Below, in pieces: positions 46,236-60,106 of a DNA stretch of 64,000 bases. The translations under genes and the position numbers were made by a program. Location of the stretch: contig NW_003314308.1 of the NCBI RefSeq assembly GCF_000143415.4, forward strand, positions 819,769 through 883,768, written 5' to 3'. The stretch's first letter is position 1; every line of letters starts with the position of its first letter. Under the pieces are notes generated by a model that had not been told where the DNA came from, ran no database searches, and worked only from the letters and a program-made list of their open reading frames with translations. This DNA is from Selaginella moellendorffii. Lineage: Eukaryota > Plantae > Lycopodiophyta.

Positions 46236-49200
46236 GTTGCGCTACGAAAGGAGGGTCCGGTACAATCCCACAAGCACCAGCTCCCCGTATCCAGCACCTA
46301 CATGCAAAATGGTGTTAGATGGAGTTTGGCACAATTTTGGCATACCGGTGGCTTAACGCGAGGAGGAGGGTACCCCACCGACTAGAGCAGCGTGGAGCTT
46401 GGGCTTAGACCCAAGCCGGACGCAGAACAAGGAGCATCACAGCCCAGTGGAAGCCAAACTAATGTCTCAAGTGGTCGGACATACATTCCAACCACTATCC
46501 CTACTATACATTTGGAACCCCCCATAGCCCCCCCCCCCCCCTTGAGGGACACACGCTTTGGGCTTTCACCCCAAGCCTCCCTTAGTACCAGGAGTTAATC
46601 TTTGGGACAAGTTTAAAACTTACTAAATATAGAATGGTGCTAGATTGCGAATTTGGGCATAGGACGAACACCATTGTGTTCAAGCCAATGTCTACATTCC
46701 GTAGATATGCCGAATAAGCGAATCTAGACACTTTCCATAAACAGCATTTGGGCCGAAATGAGACTAACACAAAGGGCATGATAGCGAGGGTGTTTGGCAG
46801 ACATGGTAAGCTATCATCTAGCGATATTGAGGGACTAGTCTCAATACGCGGGGGTTGCGGGGGTTCTTAATACTAGCAAGTGCAAGCCAAAGATAGGAGT
46901 TTCTCAAACCAGGCCGAGTATGCTCAGCAAGAAACACATAGGGTTCCTACCTTATGTTTATCCGATTTAAGTACATAGTCATTGACCAGTTTCTCAACTA
47001 GCTCAAGTGGAAACAATAAAGGGAACCAACTGTACCGACCTTCTGCTGTCATGGCAGTAAGGAAAGAGTGTCCGTAAGGACTAGCCGACAAGTATCTTTC
47101 GATACCTGACGTCACATTCGCGACACTCTCCCCCCCTTCGGGAAGATCGACGTCCTCGTCGATGCATACCCGAGTCTAGCAAACTGTCAAGGAAACAACT
47201 TCAAAAGTTAACAGAAAGCATACTATATGGGAAACACACTGACTTGAATGAGTTATGGAACGACCTCTCCTTTATGTCTAAAGACGTTAATACTCAGACA
47301 CCCTCCGGCCGTTGCCGACAAGGAAATGACGAACGGAGTTAGTCACCCTTGCTGCTCCAAATACCACTCGGCTTACAAAGGAATGATACATCCCTGCTCA
47401 CAGGAACATAGGGAGAAGGCCAAAGGCCCAACTGCCCCTGAGCAAGAAATCAACTCCGTTGGGAAGATTTAGACAATTATTATAAACTGGCAGAGTAAGT
47501 TGTTTACACGACCACGCCCCTTTTCAAAAATGAGTCATCGAGAGAGAGGCGGGGACTTATGATCAGTCTATAATAGTTATCCCCATGGTTATGGATTGGA
47601 CCCATGCACCGAAGTGCCGAAGTCAACCTACCAAAACTGACCCAAGTACGAATGAATGAGAGAAATGACACTTTGATTGATAGAAATATATTACTTTATT
47701 GATTTGCAAGATTTATTACAAGGTTTTTACAAAAACTAGTCTTTATTACTATTCTCATACTCTGTGACAAGCTCACGAGCATGGGTAAGATTCCTAAGAG
47801 GTTCCCAAGTTGATTCACAAGTTGGGTAACCTTTCCACTTAACAAGATATTCCTTGGAACGACCACCACGAGCTTTGCGAGACAAGAGAATCGCTTTGAC
47901 CTCATACTCCATGTCACCATTCACAACTTCCGGAGGGGGACGAATGTCCATAGAGCGATCCGCAGCAACATGATATGGTGCCAGTAAACTGACATGAAAC
48001 ACATCATGTACATTGGACAACTCATCCAGAAGATCCAACTTATAGGATACATCACCAACTCGCTTCACCACCCGATAGGGTCCAATATATCTCGGCAATA
48101 ACTTCCAAGATAAACATCCCTTAATGTTCAAGTTCCGTGAAGATAGCCACGCATGATCTCCCACTTGATAGGATATATCCCGACGATGCTGATCCTTATC
48201 ACGTCGATACCTATCCTGAACTTTGCCCATCGCCTCGGTAGCTTTATGCCAACCTTGGTGTAGCTGCTCCGCATAAGTTTCAATGGCTGGAACCAACACT
48301 TTGGTCATTGGTTTCGGTACAACAATCTGTTGAGGAACCCCACGAGCATTCCCTTGCAGCATCTCCCATGGAGAATAACCTATAGTGCTGTGAAATGTGT
48401 TGTTATAACAGATTTCTACTGTGTCCAAATGTTCAACCCAGTCACGTTGGTCCACCGCGACATAGTACCGCAGATAATCCTCAATGTGAGCATTCACGCG
48501 TTTGGTCTGCCCATCAGTTTGAGGATGATAAGCCGTACTAAACTTTAACTTGGTACCAAACAACTAGAATAGCATGCCCCAAAACTTCCCCATAAACCTC
48601 GAATCCCTATCTGAGATCATCTCTTCAGGAAGACCACGAACCCGCACTACTTCATGGAAAAAGAGCTTTGTTGCTTGTTTCACATTTATTGTTCCCACAG
48701 TTGGAATGAAGTGTGCAATCTTAGACAACCGATCCACAACCACCATCAAAGTATCATAACCCTTAGACTTCGGCAAGCAAGTGACGAAATCAAGTGTCAC
48801 ACTTTGAAATGGCCATGCCAGTGCTGGAATGCACTGCAACTTTCCAGCTTGCTTCTTAGTTCTGCGCTTACATTGCTGGCATATAGGGCAGGAACGGACA
48901 TAATCTGCTACATCACCTTCCATACCAGACCAGAAAAATCCCTTTTTCAATGAAGCCAGAGTCTTTCGCTATCCACCATGTCCCACTACTGGAACGTCAT
49001 GATGTTCTTGTAGAAACAATTGTTGCAGATCCTTAGAGGGAAGATACAATCTTTCTTGCTTGTAGAATATAAGCCCATCTCGAATTGAGAAGTGAAGCTT
49101 CGCGTTGGTTCGACTAGCAACTTTTGCTGCTTCGCTACTAGGTTTCTGCTTCGACAACTCCGCACGGCATAAGATTGCCTTTGCCATTGAATCACTTCCA

Positions 49201-50312
49201 TATGAAGCCTGGACGTCCTCCAACCAGTCCGAACTGATTGCCGATACTGCCCGGAACTAAGCCTATCGACTCATTGCATCTAGAACAATATTGTCTTTAC
49301 CAGGTTTATATATGATTTCGATATCATATCTAGCAAGCTTCTCTTGCCAACGAGCCTGCTTCGGCATAAGCTTAGGCTGCGTAGCAAAGTAGCTCAGTGT
49401 GTTACTATCTGTATAAACCTTGGTGTGTCCACCCAAGTAGTGTCTCTAGTGTTCCAGGGCCGACACTATAGCAAACATCTCTTTCTCATGCGTTGGCCAT
49501 CTTCGTTGGGTTTCATCCAATTTCTTGGAATAGAATGCAACGGGACAACCATGTTGCCTTAGCGTAACACCAACCGCTTTGTCACAATTTTGCTGCAACA
49601 CGGAACCAATAGCATAGCCAGATGCAGCACAATGCACTTCAAAGGGTTTATCAAGATCTAGGATCCTGAGAACAGGAACCGTAGTCAAGATCTCCTTCAA
49701 TCGTACAAAAGCACGCTGACAAGCTGGTGTCCAATGAAACGGAATATTACTCTTTGTCAACTCAGTCAACGGAAGAGCAATTCTTGCAAAATTGCGGACA
49801 AACTTGCGATAGTATCCCGCCAAACCGAGAAAAGAACGAACATCTGACACAGTGGTCGGGACTTCCCAAGACTTCACCGCTTCCACCTTCTTTGGATCGA
49901 CTTCAATCACGCCACCACCAACTATATGTCAGAGAAAGTTTACGTGCAATTGTCCAAAAACGCATTTACTTTCCTTAGCATATAGTTTATGTTCGCACAA
50001 CTTCTGAAACACCAACTCTAAGTGTTTCAAATGATCCTCCAACGTTTCACTAAAGACTAGAACATCGTCGATATATAGGACAACAAATGCATCCAAATAA
50101 TCTCCAAATATTCTATCCATCATAGTGCTGAACGTTGCTGGAGCATTGCATAACCCAAACGGCATGATAAAGAACTCATAAGATCCGTACTGAGTCTTAA
50201 AGGCCGTCTTCTCCACATCTTGATCTGCCACCCGTATCTGATGATACCCGGACCGCAAATCAAGTCGCGTAAAATACTTAGCCTTTAAGAGTTGGTCAAA
50301 TAAGTCATCAAT
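46236..50312 (-). mobile_element. 3' half of a Ty3/Gypsy chromovirus: RT, RNase H, integrase, chromodomain, PPT (47126-47139), 3' LTR (46236-47125)
   Basis: LDLRSGYHQ, MPFGLCNAP, YIDD, EKEMFAIV, HHD...GH...CPIC, SDRD, GPY, EYLVKWKGY...TWEP. Several stops. Confidence 0.93.
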
Positions 50313-50326
50313 GCTCTGATACCAAT

Positions 50327-50999
50327 TGTAGTGCACCTTATCTCTCTCCCCTTAAGCCAACTGAAAAAGGGGCAATTGCTTGATAAGAGAGCCCTTAGTG
50401 GCTATTTTATCCCCATTTATTCCCCAAGGTTCCAAGGATCCACGGTGACAGTATATCCAAATCTCATCCCATGATCACATATGCTACACTCACCCCCCCT
50501 TCAGAGATGTCAATGTCCTCATTGACTATTGATTAACAACCCCTACTAAGCCAAGGGGAACCAACACCTCCATTTCCACACTGAATCTACCAATCCTTCC
50601 ATTGTGTAGACTAGCTATTCCATGTGCAGCAACTAGTCATTCACCCATACCGCAGTCCCACAATGGAAACCTTCGTCCGTGGATATTCCACACAAGAGGA
50701 AGGACGTATGCATGGATCCCCAATATGTACGATTTCAAATTTAGGGGTGGAATATACCTTGCTTAAGGGTATATTATATTTTTAAGTAGCCACTAATCAA
50801 TGAGAATCGAACCCGTGCCATTTGCTCCGATACTAATTGTAGCGCACCTTATCTCTCTCCCCTTAAGCCAATTGGAAAAGGGGCAATTGCTTGATGAGAG
50901 AGCCCTTAGTGGCTATTTTATCCCCATTTATCCCCCAAGGTTCCAAGGATCCACGGTGACAATATATCCAAATCTCATCCCATGATCACATATGCTACA
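50327..50999 (-). mobile_element. TRIM (673 bp): two 162-bp LTRs, PBS, ~350-bp internal region, PPT
   Basis: LTRs 50327-50488 and 50838-50999 differ at about 6 positions. PPT 50489-50500. Extra PBS outside the 3' LTR at 50313-50324. Confidence 0.9.
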
Positions 51000-52220
51000 A
51001 TATCTGGCCAGTGATACTTCCTCTTGAGTAAGCCCATCGTCTTGGGCACTCCGTCGTGTCTTGCAAGAGGTCCGTCATGACACTCTTTTAAAGCTACCTT
51101 CCTTAGTTCCCCTTTTGGAACATACACCCTCATTTGCTTGTAATAGATGAGTCCGTTGCGTTCCGCATAGCCCGTTTTCTCTTCCGTTGGCAGCTCACCT
51201 CCCTGGTGAGCTTCCCGTGCCTCTAGATTCCTCAGCAACACTTCTTGTGCTAAACCATCGTTCTCATATGCTGTCCGCACATCGTCCCAATAGGTTGCTG
51301 TCGCGTTGGATATCGCCAACCTCAAGCTCGCTTTTCGACTTAGCGCATTTGCCACGATGTTGCTCTTCCCAGGCTTGTACAGAATCTTGTAATCAAACTC
51401 GGCCAAGGCATTGGCCCACCGACCCTATTTTCCTCTCAGGTTGGGCTGTGACAAGAAGTGTTTCATTGCCACATTGTCCGTATAAACCTTGAAGTGTCTC
51501 CCAAGGTAATGTCACCACTCCTTGAGTGCCTTGACCACCGCAAACAATTCCTTCTCGTGGGCAAACCACTTCCTTTGAGCCTTGTCCAACTTCTTCAAGA
51601 AGAACGCTACTGGATGGTTGTCTTGTTTCAAAACTTCGCCCAACGCAAAGTCCAAAGCATCCATTTTTATCTCAAAGTCCTTACCAAAGTCTGGTAATGC
51701 CAACACGGGAGCCTTCCTCAACTTCCCTTTGAGGTGGACGAATGCCACCTCGCATTCCGCTGTCTATACCATCTTCCTTTTTCCTGTTTGGTCTGTTAAG
51801 CACAAGGCTACTCTCGAATAGTGTTTAATAAACTTTCGGTAGTAGTTGCATAGCCCCAAAAACGCCCTCAACTCATATACATTCGATGGTCGCTCCCATT
51901 CCTGAATCGCTTGGACCTTCTCTGGGTCCACCTTGAGCCCGTCCTGGCCCACCACATGCCCTAGAAACTTTACCTCTTGTTGAGCAAAGTCACATTTGCT
52001 CTCTTTAGCATACAGTTTGTGTTCCCTTAGTTTCTCAAACACCTTCGGCAAGTGTTCGGCATGCTCCTCTAGTGTCTTGCTATAGATTAGGATGTTGTCG
52101 ATATAGACGACCACAAAGTGATCCAGATAGGGTACAAAGATATGGTTCATCAACGCTGAAAACGTTGCTGGCACATTGCACAGCCCAAAGGGCATCACCA
52201 GAAACTCAAATCTCCCATAT
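51000..52220 (-). mobile_element. Gypsy element B, downstream part (RT C-terminus, RNase H, integrase Zn-finger)
   Basis: [31 protein letters not shown]...H...YHWP. Continues the frame broken at 62224. Confidence 0.92.
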
Positions 52221-52662
52221 AAGCTCTATTTCGTTAAAGTGGGAATTGTCATTATCCCACTTGTAAAATAAGGTTTCCAAACCTTTATATAGTATATAAA
52301 TATAACAAAATTCAACTGCATTGAGGCACATGCCATTTTATTTTAAACAAGGAAATGTCTACTCAATCACTTCTCCTCCCCCTGCCACTGCTTCACCTCT
52401 CTCTTCTCCTTGTTATCGTCGTCCAATTTCTTTCCATCCTTTTAATATTGGCTCAGTTGCTCCGAGTTTAGGTGGAGCCCAAGCCCCCATTCAATCTTTA
52501 CTTTCCCCTTATTAATAAAACAACTGCGTAGACTTCCAATAACATGCTGTAACACTTCTAGTATAATGCAAATCCTCTCAAAGAATTGTCTTTTAATATT
52601 AATACAATGGCATGGAACCCCATGCCATAATAAGTTACATTTTTAAATAAATACATGCCATC

Positions 52663-53547
52663 TCAGACTGTTATTTTTTGCCTCCAACGCCTATACAATA
52701 ATCTTGGAATTTCATCACTCTCCACACTATCAGGATTTAAACCCAATAGTAATGTCATCTCTTCTCTAATACGTCCACGCTCATGTTCAGTGGTCGAAGA
52801 ACCCATCCGGTTGAGTAGATTATGGAGATGCGGATAGTGTTTGGCTAGGCAATATACATGCCATAAATGATGACTGGTGTCTGTCCGATCAAATGGCTTT
52901 TGATATACCGTTCCATCTACCATTTGGTTGATTTCTGCAGCCACCTCCTGGACTGGCCAGTTCTCTATCACCATCGCTCCAAGCCATTTTGCAAGGTCCC
53001 CCAGAACATACGGTTTCTTCTCCCTAGTTTCCATACTACAAGAGATGGGGTGCACTGCATATGTGTGCGTGTTCGCTGCAGTTTTAATCGGCGAGTCATC
53101 GATGATGAGGATTTCACTTGACCTAGCAGTCCGGTTCATCACTACAGCCTCTGGCTTGACGAAGATGGGCTTGCTACCCCTCACATGGACCATAGTCAAG
53201 CAATCCTCCTGCGTTAGGAGAAAGTCAAATGGTAATATTACTCGCGTCTGATCGTGCATCATCTGTAGCAACGTTAATGCATTGTGGCGCATCATGGATG
53301 TCCAAACTCCCAATTGCAAATTGAACCCGGCCCTCTGTTTTAAGTGTCGCATGGTCATTATTAGATCCCGTAGTTTCTCCCGTGTGATTAATGTGAATCT
53401 GTCTCTTTTGACCAACTTGCGACCGTAGGCTTTGAAGGGTGCAGTGACATTCGAGGACGAGCCACGCTCATGGGAGAAAAGGACACCGTTCAGATCAAAA
53501 ACGATACAGTACCTTCGCCGTGACTCTGAAATGAAATGCATCAGCAT
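52663..53547 (-). CDS. FCP1/NIF-like HAD phosphatase domain (transposon cargo, probably a terminal exon)
   Basis: CIVFDLNGVL (motif I variant), LGVWTSM (motif II), K, ILIIDDSPIK (motif IV). Confidence 0.75.
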   Translation of the reverse strand: MLMHFISESRRRYCIVFDLNGVLFSHERGSSSNVTAPFKAYGRKLVKRDRFTLITREKLRDLIMTMRHLKQRAGFNLQLGVWTSMMRHNALTLLQMMHDQTRVILPFDFLLTQEDCLTMVHVRGSKPIFVKPEAVVMNRTARSSEILIIDDSPIKTAANTHTYAVHPISCSMETREKKPYVLGDLAKWLGAMVIENWPVQEVAAEINQMVDGTVYQKPFDRTDTSHHLWHVYCLAKHYPHLHNLLNRMGSSTTEHERGRIREEMTLLLGLNPDSVESDEIPRLLYRRWRQKITV

Positions 53548-55417
53548 AAAAAATGGTACAAGTCAATTTTACCATCTACAATATTAGCGAATGGTGCACC
53601 TGATGGTCGTTGAGAGGGTTTTGGTCGAGGAAATGTGAAGGGCGGAAATACTCTCCTCTGCAATGTGGGGTCAATCGCATCCGATGGCGTGTGGGCACAT
53701 GCCATTTCAGCTGTAGACTCTGGTACAACTGGCTCAACAGTGGCATGGGGTGGTTCCGATGGCGTGTGATCACACGCCATTTCAGCTGGTGCCTCCGTTG
53801 GCAAAGTGGACATGACCGAACAGGCAGCAGGGGTGGTGTAGGGAGGTTCCAACGGCGCGTAGTCAGATGATTGGGCACACGTTGAGTCCGTTGGAAATGA
53901 GGATACGACCGGCTTGGTGGCTGGGGTGGCCTCATGTGGGTCCAATAGCGCCTGGTCACCGTCAGTTGGATACGTGGACAAGATTGACTCAGTGGTATGG
54001 GCAGCATCAAGTGGAGCGTGGTCAGCTTACTTGGCGTTGATATGGATAGTAGCCTCCACCAGCTCTGATGACCCTTGCAGGCAAGTAGAGTCCACTGGTG
54101 GATCCATATGCATGTCCAAATATCTCCCTTCGATTGAGATGGTATCCTCCCTACTGGCTACTAAAAACAAACTCATTAGCACATTGAATCGACTATACTG
54201 TATTTACCATCAACTGCTATTGAGGAACTAGGACCAATATCACTTGGGCGCACTGCTGATTCTGAAGGATTGGACATACGTTTTGACCCTTGCTTGGCAC
54301 TATCCTTCCTCGACACTAAAGGCTAGAGTTTGTATCTTAATTCAACTGAATAATCTCTACTTACCATTTGCTCTGCGACCTACATGAACAATGTTAGAAA
54401 TGGTAAAAGGTTAGGAATGGATGTACTATTATTTACCTGATGGTTTGTCTTGTATGACCTTCCTCCGCTGCTCTTTGGCCACCTCAGGCTGACCATCGTC
54501 GTCGTCGTTATTGTGATCGTCACCATTGTGAGGACCATCCAAGTCTTCTTCATCCTCCTCTTCTTTGTCCTCCTCTTCGTCCTTCTGCTCTTCCTGCTCA
54601 TTATCTTTCTCTGGCTCCTCATCCCCCTCCTGCATTTCTTCCATAGGCTGCTCAGGCTGGATGGCTTGTTCTTCCAGGACCATCTTGGGAAAATCATCTG
54701 GCCGAGTCTCCATCTCAAAATACAAGACATCCATAGCCTGTTTTAGTGCGTGACCTAGGACCGTATCCTCACCCGACTGTCTTAACATGGTTTCTGCACG
54801 TTCTTGCACCCTTCGAAGACGACGAGATGAGAAAAACGTGGCCCTGACTTGAAAAGCATCCCTCATCCATTGTACCTCTCCATTGAGATTGGGGAAGGGG
54901 AGTCCGCCATAGGAATCTGAGTCAGGAGGTGGTGACTGGCTGCTTTCGCACACACGCTATAACCGCGAGGCATTACCTATCATCTTTTCGTTGCCCTTCT
55001 TCCTTTTCAAATCAAACGCCTCTGATCCCGACGACTGTCCAACGTGCTTTCGCTTTTTATGACCACTGTCAGTTTAAGCTTGGCTGGTGCTTGCCTGTTT
55101 TGCCTTTGAAGAAGTGTCTCCTGCAAGGAATGACATGAGACCACACGCCATTGCAAATATAATTTGTACCTCCTTTTTTCCTATTGCTTGTCTGTTTGTC
55201 CTTCTTCGACGCGCCACCAGTGCGCTTTTCAGTCCTCGTGTCTGAATATTCACAACGATCTATAATCAAAATGGTGTGAGGCCTCACGTGACCTTACCTT
55301 GTGCAGATTGTGAGCTCGGCCCAACATGGGTATCTTCAACAGTAGCTGTTAACGCCGTTTCAGCATCTGGGGGTGGCCACGCTCCTGCATACAGAGCTTG
55401 TGAGATAATATTTAAAC

Positions 55418-58012
55418 TTAAAGTGCGTACTCACCAGGTTCACAGAGAAGATACTGTTTTTCTTTAGCAACTGTAATTATATGCTCCATTGAAGTCACCT
55501 CTTCAATGGAGTTTGTCACCGCAACACATAGGACACCCTTGAGTAGTGCGGCTCGAAAGAATAGTCTGCCGCAGTTGTACTCGACAATGCATTTGCCCTT
55601 GGAGTCGGAAGCAGGTGACCCACCCGCTATTTCGTTGAAGACCCAGCTGAGCATTTCCCATGCTGCACCTGGAGCTTTCTCTAGATTCGAAAGCTCTATA
55701 GCCGTCTTCAGTTCCTCAGGCACGGGTAAATTGACCTCCCTCAGATCAATTCGATCAGCCTTGTCGAACGAAGCTGGGAAGTCACTCCAGTCCCACTCTG
55801 CTGCAGGACCAATAACAAGGGCGAGTGTGAAGATGCGGACATTCGTCGGTATCTTCTTCTTAGCCATTATCCCATGGATCTCCTGCATCTCCTTGCCTTT
55901 CAACCGAGCCTTCACCTCGTTCAAGGCCTTCTAGAACTTGTGATAGGATTCGGAGTCGTAGATCATATAGTGGACTGAAGATTCCACCTCCGCAAGTCCC
56001 ACCATTAAGTCAATGATGGAGCTGACTTCATCTGCATGAGTGATCTCCTTGTTTGTGAAGTCCATCACACAAAAGATGTTCTTGACTTGCTCATCTCCGC
56101 GGGAAACGATGCTCCTCCACCTTTGATCCTCATCCGAATTCACGTATACCCGGTAAGGTTCTCGATAGGCCTCTGCTGCGGGGTCGAGCTGTTTCTGAAG
56201 CCGGCGGTCGACATCCCTCTTAATGAAATTTGGATACTGATCCAACTTCTCAACTTTACTTTTCGTGGCATCCCGCAGCAGATCGATGAACTTGGGGGCC
56301 CCCTTCACGTACTCGTCGATGTCTTCATTTGACAACTCCAGCTCTTCCATCATCTCTTGCGTGGTGTCGATGCTCACCCTCTCCACGGCCACTTGCTCGA
56401 AGATCCAATCCTTCAATAGCACACGAGCTCTCAGAGTCGTGCACAAGTCCTCGTATGTCATAATATGGTCGGGAGTCATTTTGGTCTTGTTGAAGACTAC
56501 CTCACCACGTAGAAGAGCATTAGCCACTGTCAGAAGGTCGTTGTTGTCTAGAGACCGTGAGAAACGCAAGGCGTTGAGCTTCAAATCATTGGGCTTCCAG
56601 CCGTCCTCCACACCCATTGAGTTTAGCAACTCCCCGTCATGGTACCTCCTCAGCACATCTACCCATTTGTCAAAAACAACTTTTGTCGCGAGTAGAATGT
56701 TATGGATGCTGAGTGTGTCATTGACCCCCAGTGTTTTCGAGAGAAGACTCGAGAATTCTTGCAATGGAAATGGCGTGAGGCCACATGCTATGCCACATGC
56801 AACGAGGCTTACCTACCAGGCGTTAGTTGCTAGTGCACGTCCTTGTCCTGGTTTTTGTGGCTTCTTCAGTTGAACCCAGGGCTTCCGTGTTCATGCCAAT
56901 GTCTCGTGCAGACCCGATTTGTAGCACGTTTCTTGCTTGACATTCTGCGTGTGGGAGATGGATATGATAGATCGGAGGGGCGAGTTGCCTTTTATCAGGC
57001 GGACAACTCTTGTCTTGAAAACTTTCTTCACCTCCTCACCCACCATAATATCCACAACTATCTCTTGCATCGCCAAGCTAGAATGCTGCCCGGAGACGGC
57101 ATAGAACCGGATGTTCTGATCGTCCAACACCTTCCTATTGATCAAGTCTGGAAACCTCGTCTCGCCCTTCATTGTTCGGTAGTAGGGGATCACGTCTGCG
57201 ATGTCGGGTGTTACTGGACTTGCCAGCATCTTCTGCTTCAGTTTCTCCACCCACTCATCAGATACTAGCCTGTGGTTGTATTTGCTTTGGATGTCGATAT
57301 GACTCACGTCGATTGTATATACTTTGTTGGAATAGTAACAAGTACTATTATCTGCGACGATTTTTGCTGCCTCTTCTTGCTCTTTCTGCTTTTTGCGGCT
57401 CTTCTTTTTGGTGGGTGTAGTGTTCGAACCCGAGGCAATGGCATCACCGAGTAGCTTCTTTTTTGGACCAGGAGAGTCGGACGTCGGCTTGAGCTTGACC
57501 ACCCTTTTCTGCTTCGGGGTAGTTTCCAGATCGACCCCCTTCCCCTTCGCTTCGCGAACTGGAGGCACTCTCAACGGCTCAATGTTGGAATATAGTTTTT
57601 GAACATCGCTGTAGGTGAGGTCCGTGGATTCCATGTGATCTTCATAGACCCGCAGCGTCTTTGAAATTGTAGGCCTCTTAGACAACCTCTCCCTAGCTCC
57701 CTCTAGGAATTCCTCATAGCCGCTGCCCCCCTCCGGGAAGCCGCTAGGATGTGCAAGGTGGATCTTGAAGGCGGATGCTGTCTCTACCACAAGTGCCAGT
57801 CCATATTCTTGCATGGAACTGCATGGAGTGTCTATCAGTTGGATTAGGATCCCCATGCATTCTTTTCTCCCACCATCTGTGTTGTACAGCCTCAGATCCT
57901 CGCCTTCCATCCCGAAAGTCCAACTGGTGAGCTCCTCCCCCTTCTCTGCATCCACATTGACAGTGGCTGGAAGAAGAACGCAATTCCTCGTTTGTTCAGA
58001 AATGCACAACAA
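55418..58012 (-). pseudogene. ParB/Srx-like domain plus degenerate DNA amino-methyltransferase-like fold (transposon cargo)
   Basis: NHRLVSDEWVEKLKQKM...FYAVSGQHSSLA (ParB-N-like). C-terminal FCVMDFT...EKAPG...LSWVF...KCIVEYNCGRLFFRAALLKGVLCVAV resembles beta-class MTase motif order. In-frame stops at 56891 and 55931, small intron near 56760-56813. Confidence 0.55.
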
Positions 58013-58430
58013 TTAGAGCTGACTGATGAAAAGCTAGCAGCTAGAAATAACGTGATGCCACACGCCATTCACCACTGCATCAGATGTCTTGAGGCTGCAT
58101 CCTAAGATGGCGTGAGGCTACACGCCATCTGTAACCGGACTGCACTCGAGAGCCCAATCGGTGCATGCCAATGTTGCTACTGAATGGCATGTGGCCTCAT
58201 GCCATTTTCTACTTGGCCTAAAAGACTTACCATTTGAAGTCGAATGGAGGCGTGACAATCGAGGCCGGACTCGCTGGCGAATGTGCATTGTGTGTGCAGC
58301 GGATCGTAGCAGCAAGGCTACTCTGCCACTTACAGTTGGAGAGTGGCGCTGAAATCTCCCGGGACGCCAAGTGGGCTGCGTGTGGGTGGCGGAGTGGGCG
58401 GCGGAGTTGGCGGCGAAGTTACAAACTGGG

Positions 58431-58650
58431 TGTGTCTTGAAGTGGACGCCGATGCACACGAGCGCGATGCGAGCGCGAGTGTGATGCAAGTGCGAGTGGA
58501 CGCCGATGCACACGAGAAACCTGTAGAGAAGGTAGATGAGCGCGAATGTGAGCGTGATCGCGAGTGGGAGCGCGATGCGAGCGCGAGTGCGAGTGTGATG
58601 CGAGTGTGCGAGCGCGAGTACGAAGCAAAATGCAAAACCTAGCCTCACAC
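58431..58650. repeat. Low-complexity GCGAGT/GCGC-rich repeat between the divergent cargo and transposase genes
   Basis: gcgagcgcgagtgtgatgc-type units. A short direct repeat follows at 58684-58817. Confidence 0.7.
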
Positions 58651-60106
58651 GCGCAAAATGTCACGACGGTTGGTAATCCCGCCACGTCATCATTCCTCGG
58701 ACTTGGGCGCCACCATTAATTTCTGGATCGCCGTGCGCATGCATGCACGTGAAATCCAAAAGAAATCCGCAACGTCATCATTCCTCGGACTGCATGCACG
58801 CGAAATCCAAAAGAAAGATCATGATTAGGATATCATTTAATACTCTCGTTATATTTATACCATGCATGATTGGATATTCCAAAGCATCTTGTATTTCCAA
58901 AAATGGTAGATGTTCAGCTAAATAAAGAAATTCTATCTGTTTCTATTTTTCTCTCAAATCAATATTATAGCGTGTGGGCTCATGCAATTTTGAACCAAAG
59001 AAACCCAAAAAACGTTGGACCCAAAATATTTTGAAAAAACCCAAAAAACCTTAAACATTTTAAACCCAAAAATCCAGGCATCCTGTGGCGTTATTCCTTG
59101 AATGGCGTGTGGGCGCATGCCATTTTCAGGGCCAAATGCTGAATGGAGAAAAATTCCCTTTCAGTGCAAATGCTGCAAGAGGCAGATGCCGAGCACAAAG
59201 GACTGTAACTACCTCACATGACACAGATAAACTTTTCTCTATTTGGCAAAGATAAACTTTATAGCGTGTGGGCTCATGCAATTTTGAACCCAAAAAATGC
59301 ACCAAAAAATTCTCGGCGTCATCTAGCGTTATCTCTTGAATGGCATGGGGCTGCATGCCATTTTCAGGGGCACATAAGAGTATATTCCTAGGATATTCTG
59401 ACATGCGCGAGATTTTTTTGAGTTTTCTGGAGATCCAACCGTTAGATCGCAACTAGATTTTACAGAATGGTATACAATGCCCTTCTTGATGACCCTGCAG
59501 AGAAGCATCTCGATCGGACACCACATGAGACCACACGAGCCTTACAATGTTTCAGGGGCATTTGCCATAGATCCAACCGTTATTTTGCTCAAAGATTCTA
59601 CAGTTTGGTGTGCATTGACCTTTCCATTGACACTGCAAAGGGACACCACAATCAGATGCGGGATCACAAAAAACCAACTTCACTAACTCTGGTTTCACCA
59701 AGATCTACGTAAGGAGTTATGAAATGAAAGGACCCTCTCTATTGAAATGTGTTTATGGTCCTAGGGGCATTGTGACATATCAAAGGATTTTGCATCAAGT
59801 TCTGTATTTGCATGTTTATCAAGCTACTGAATTGCTAAACCCTAAACCCTAAACATGTGGCAAATGCTGCATGAAGAAAGATGCCCTTTCTGGGCAAATG
59901 CTGTAAGAGGCAGATGCCGAGCAGATGTATCTCAGGCTAGCGAAGGGGACAAACGAAAGCTAGCTATAAACATGACGGGATGCAAATAGATTACTAGGCT
60001 GGTCCTGCGAAAATCAAAAACCATAATTGAAAACATTGAAAATGCAAAAAGAAAGGTTTATAATATTTTTGAATTTTAAGCAACCAAAGGAATGTAAGTA
60101 GGGCAT

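Noticed and set aside
58118-58685. Overlapping His/Arg/Ala-rich ORFs
   Set aside because: Products of a low-complexity repeat in the transposon's intergenic region.
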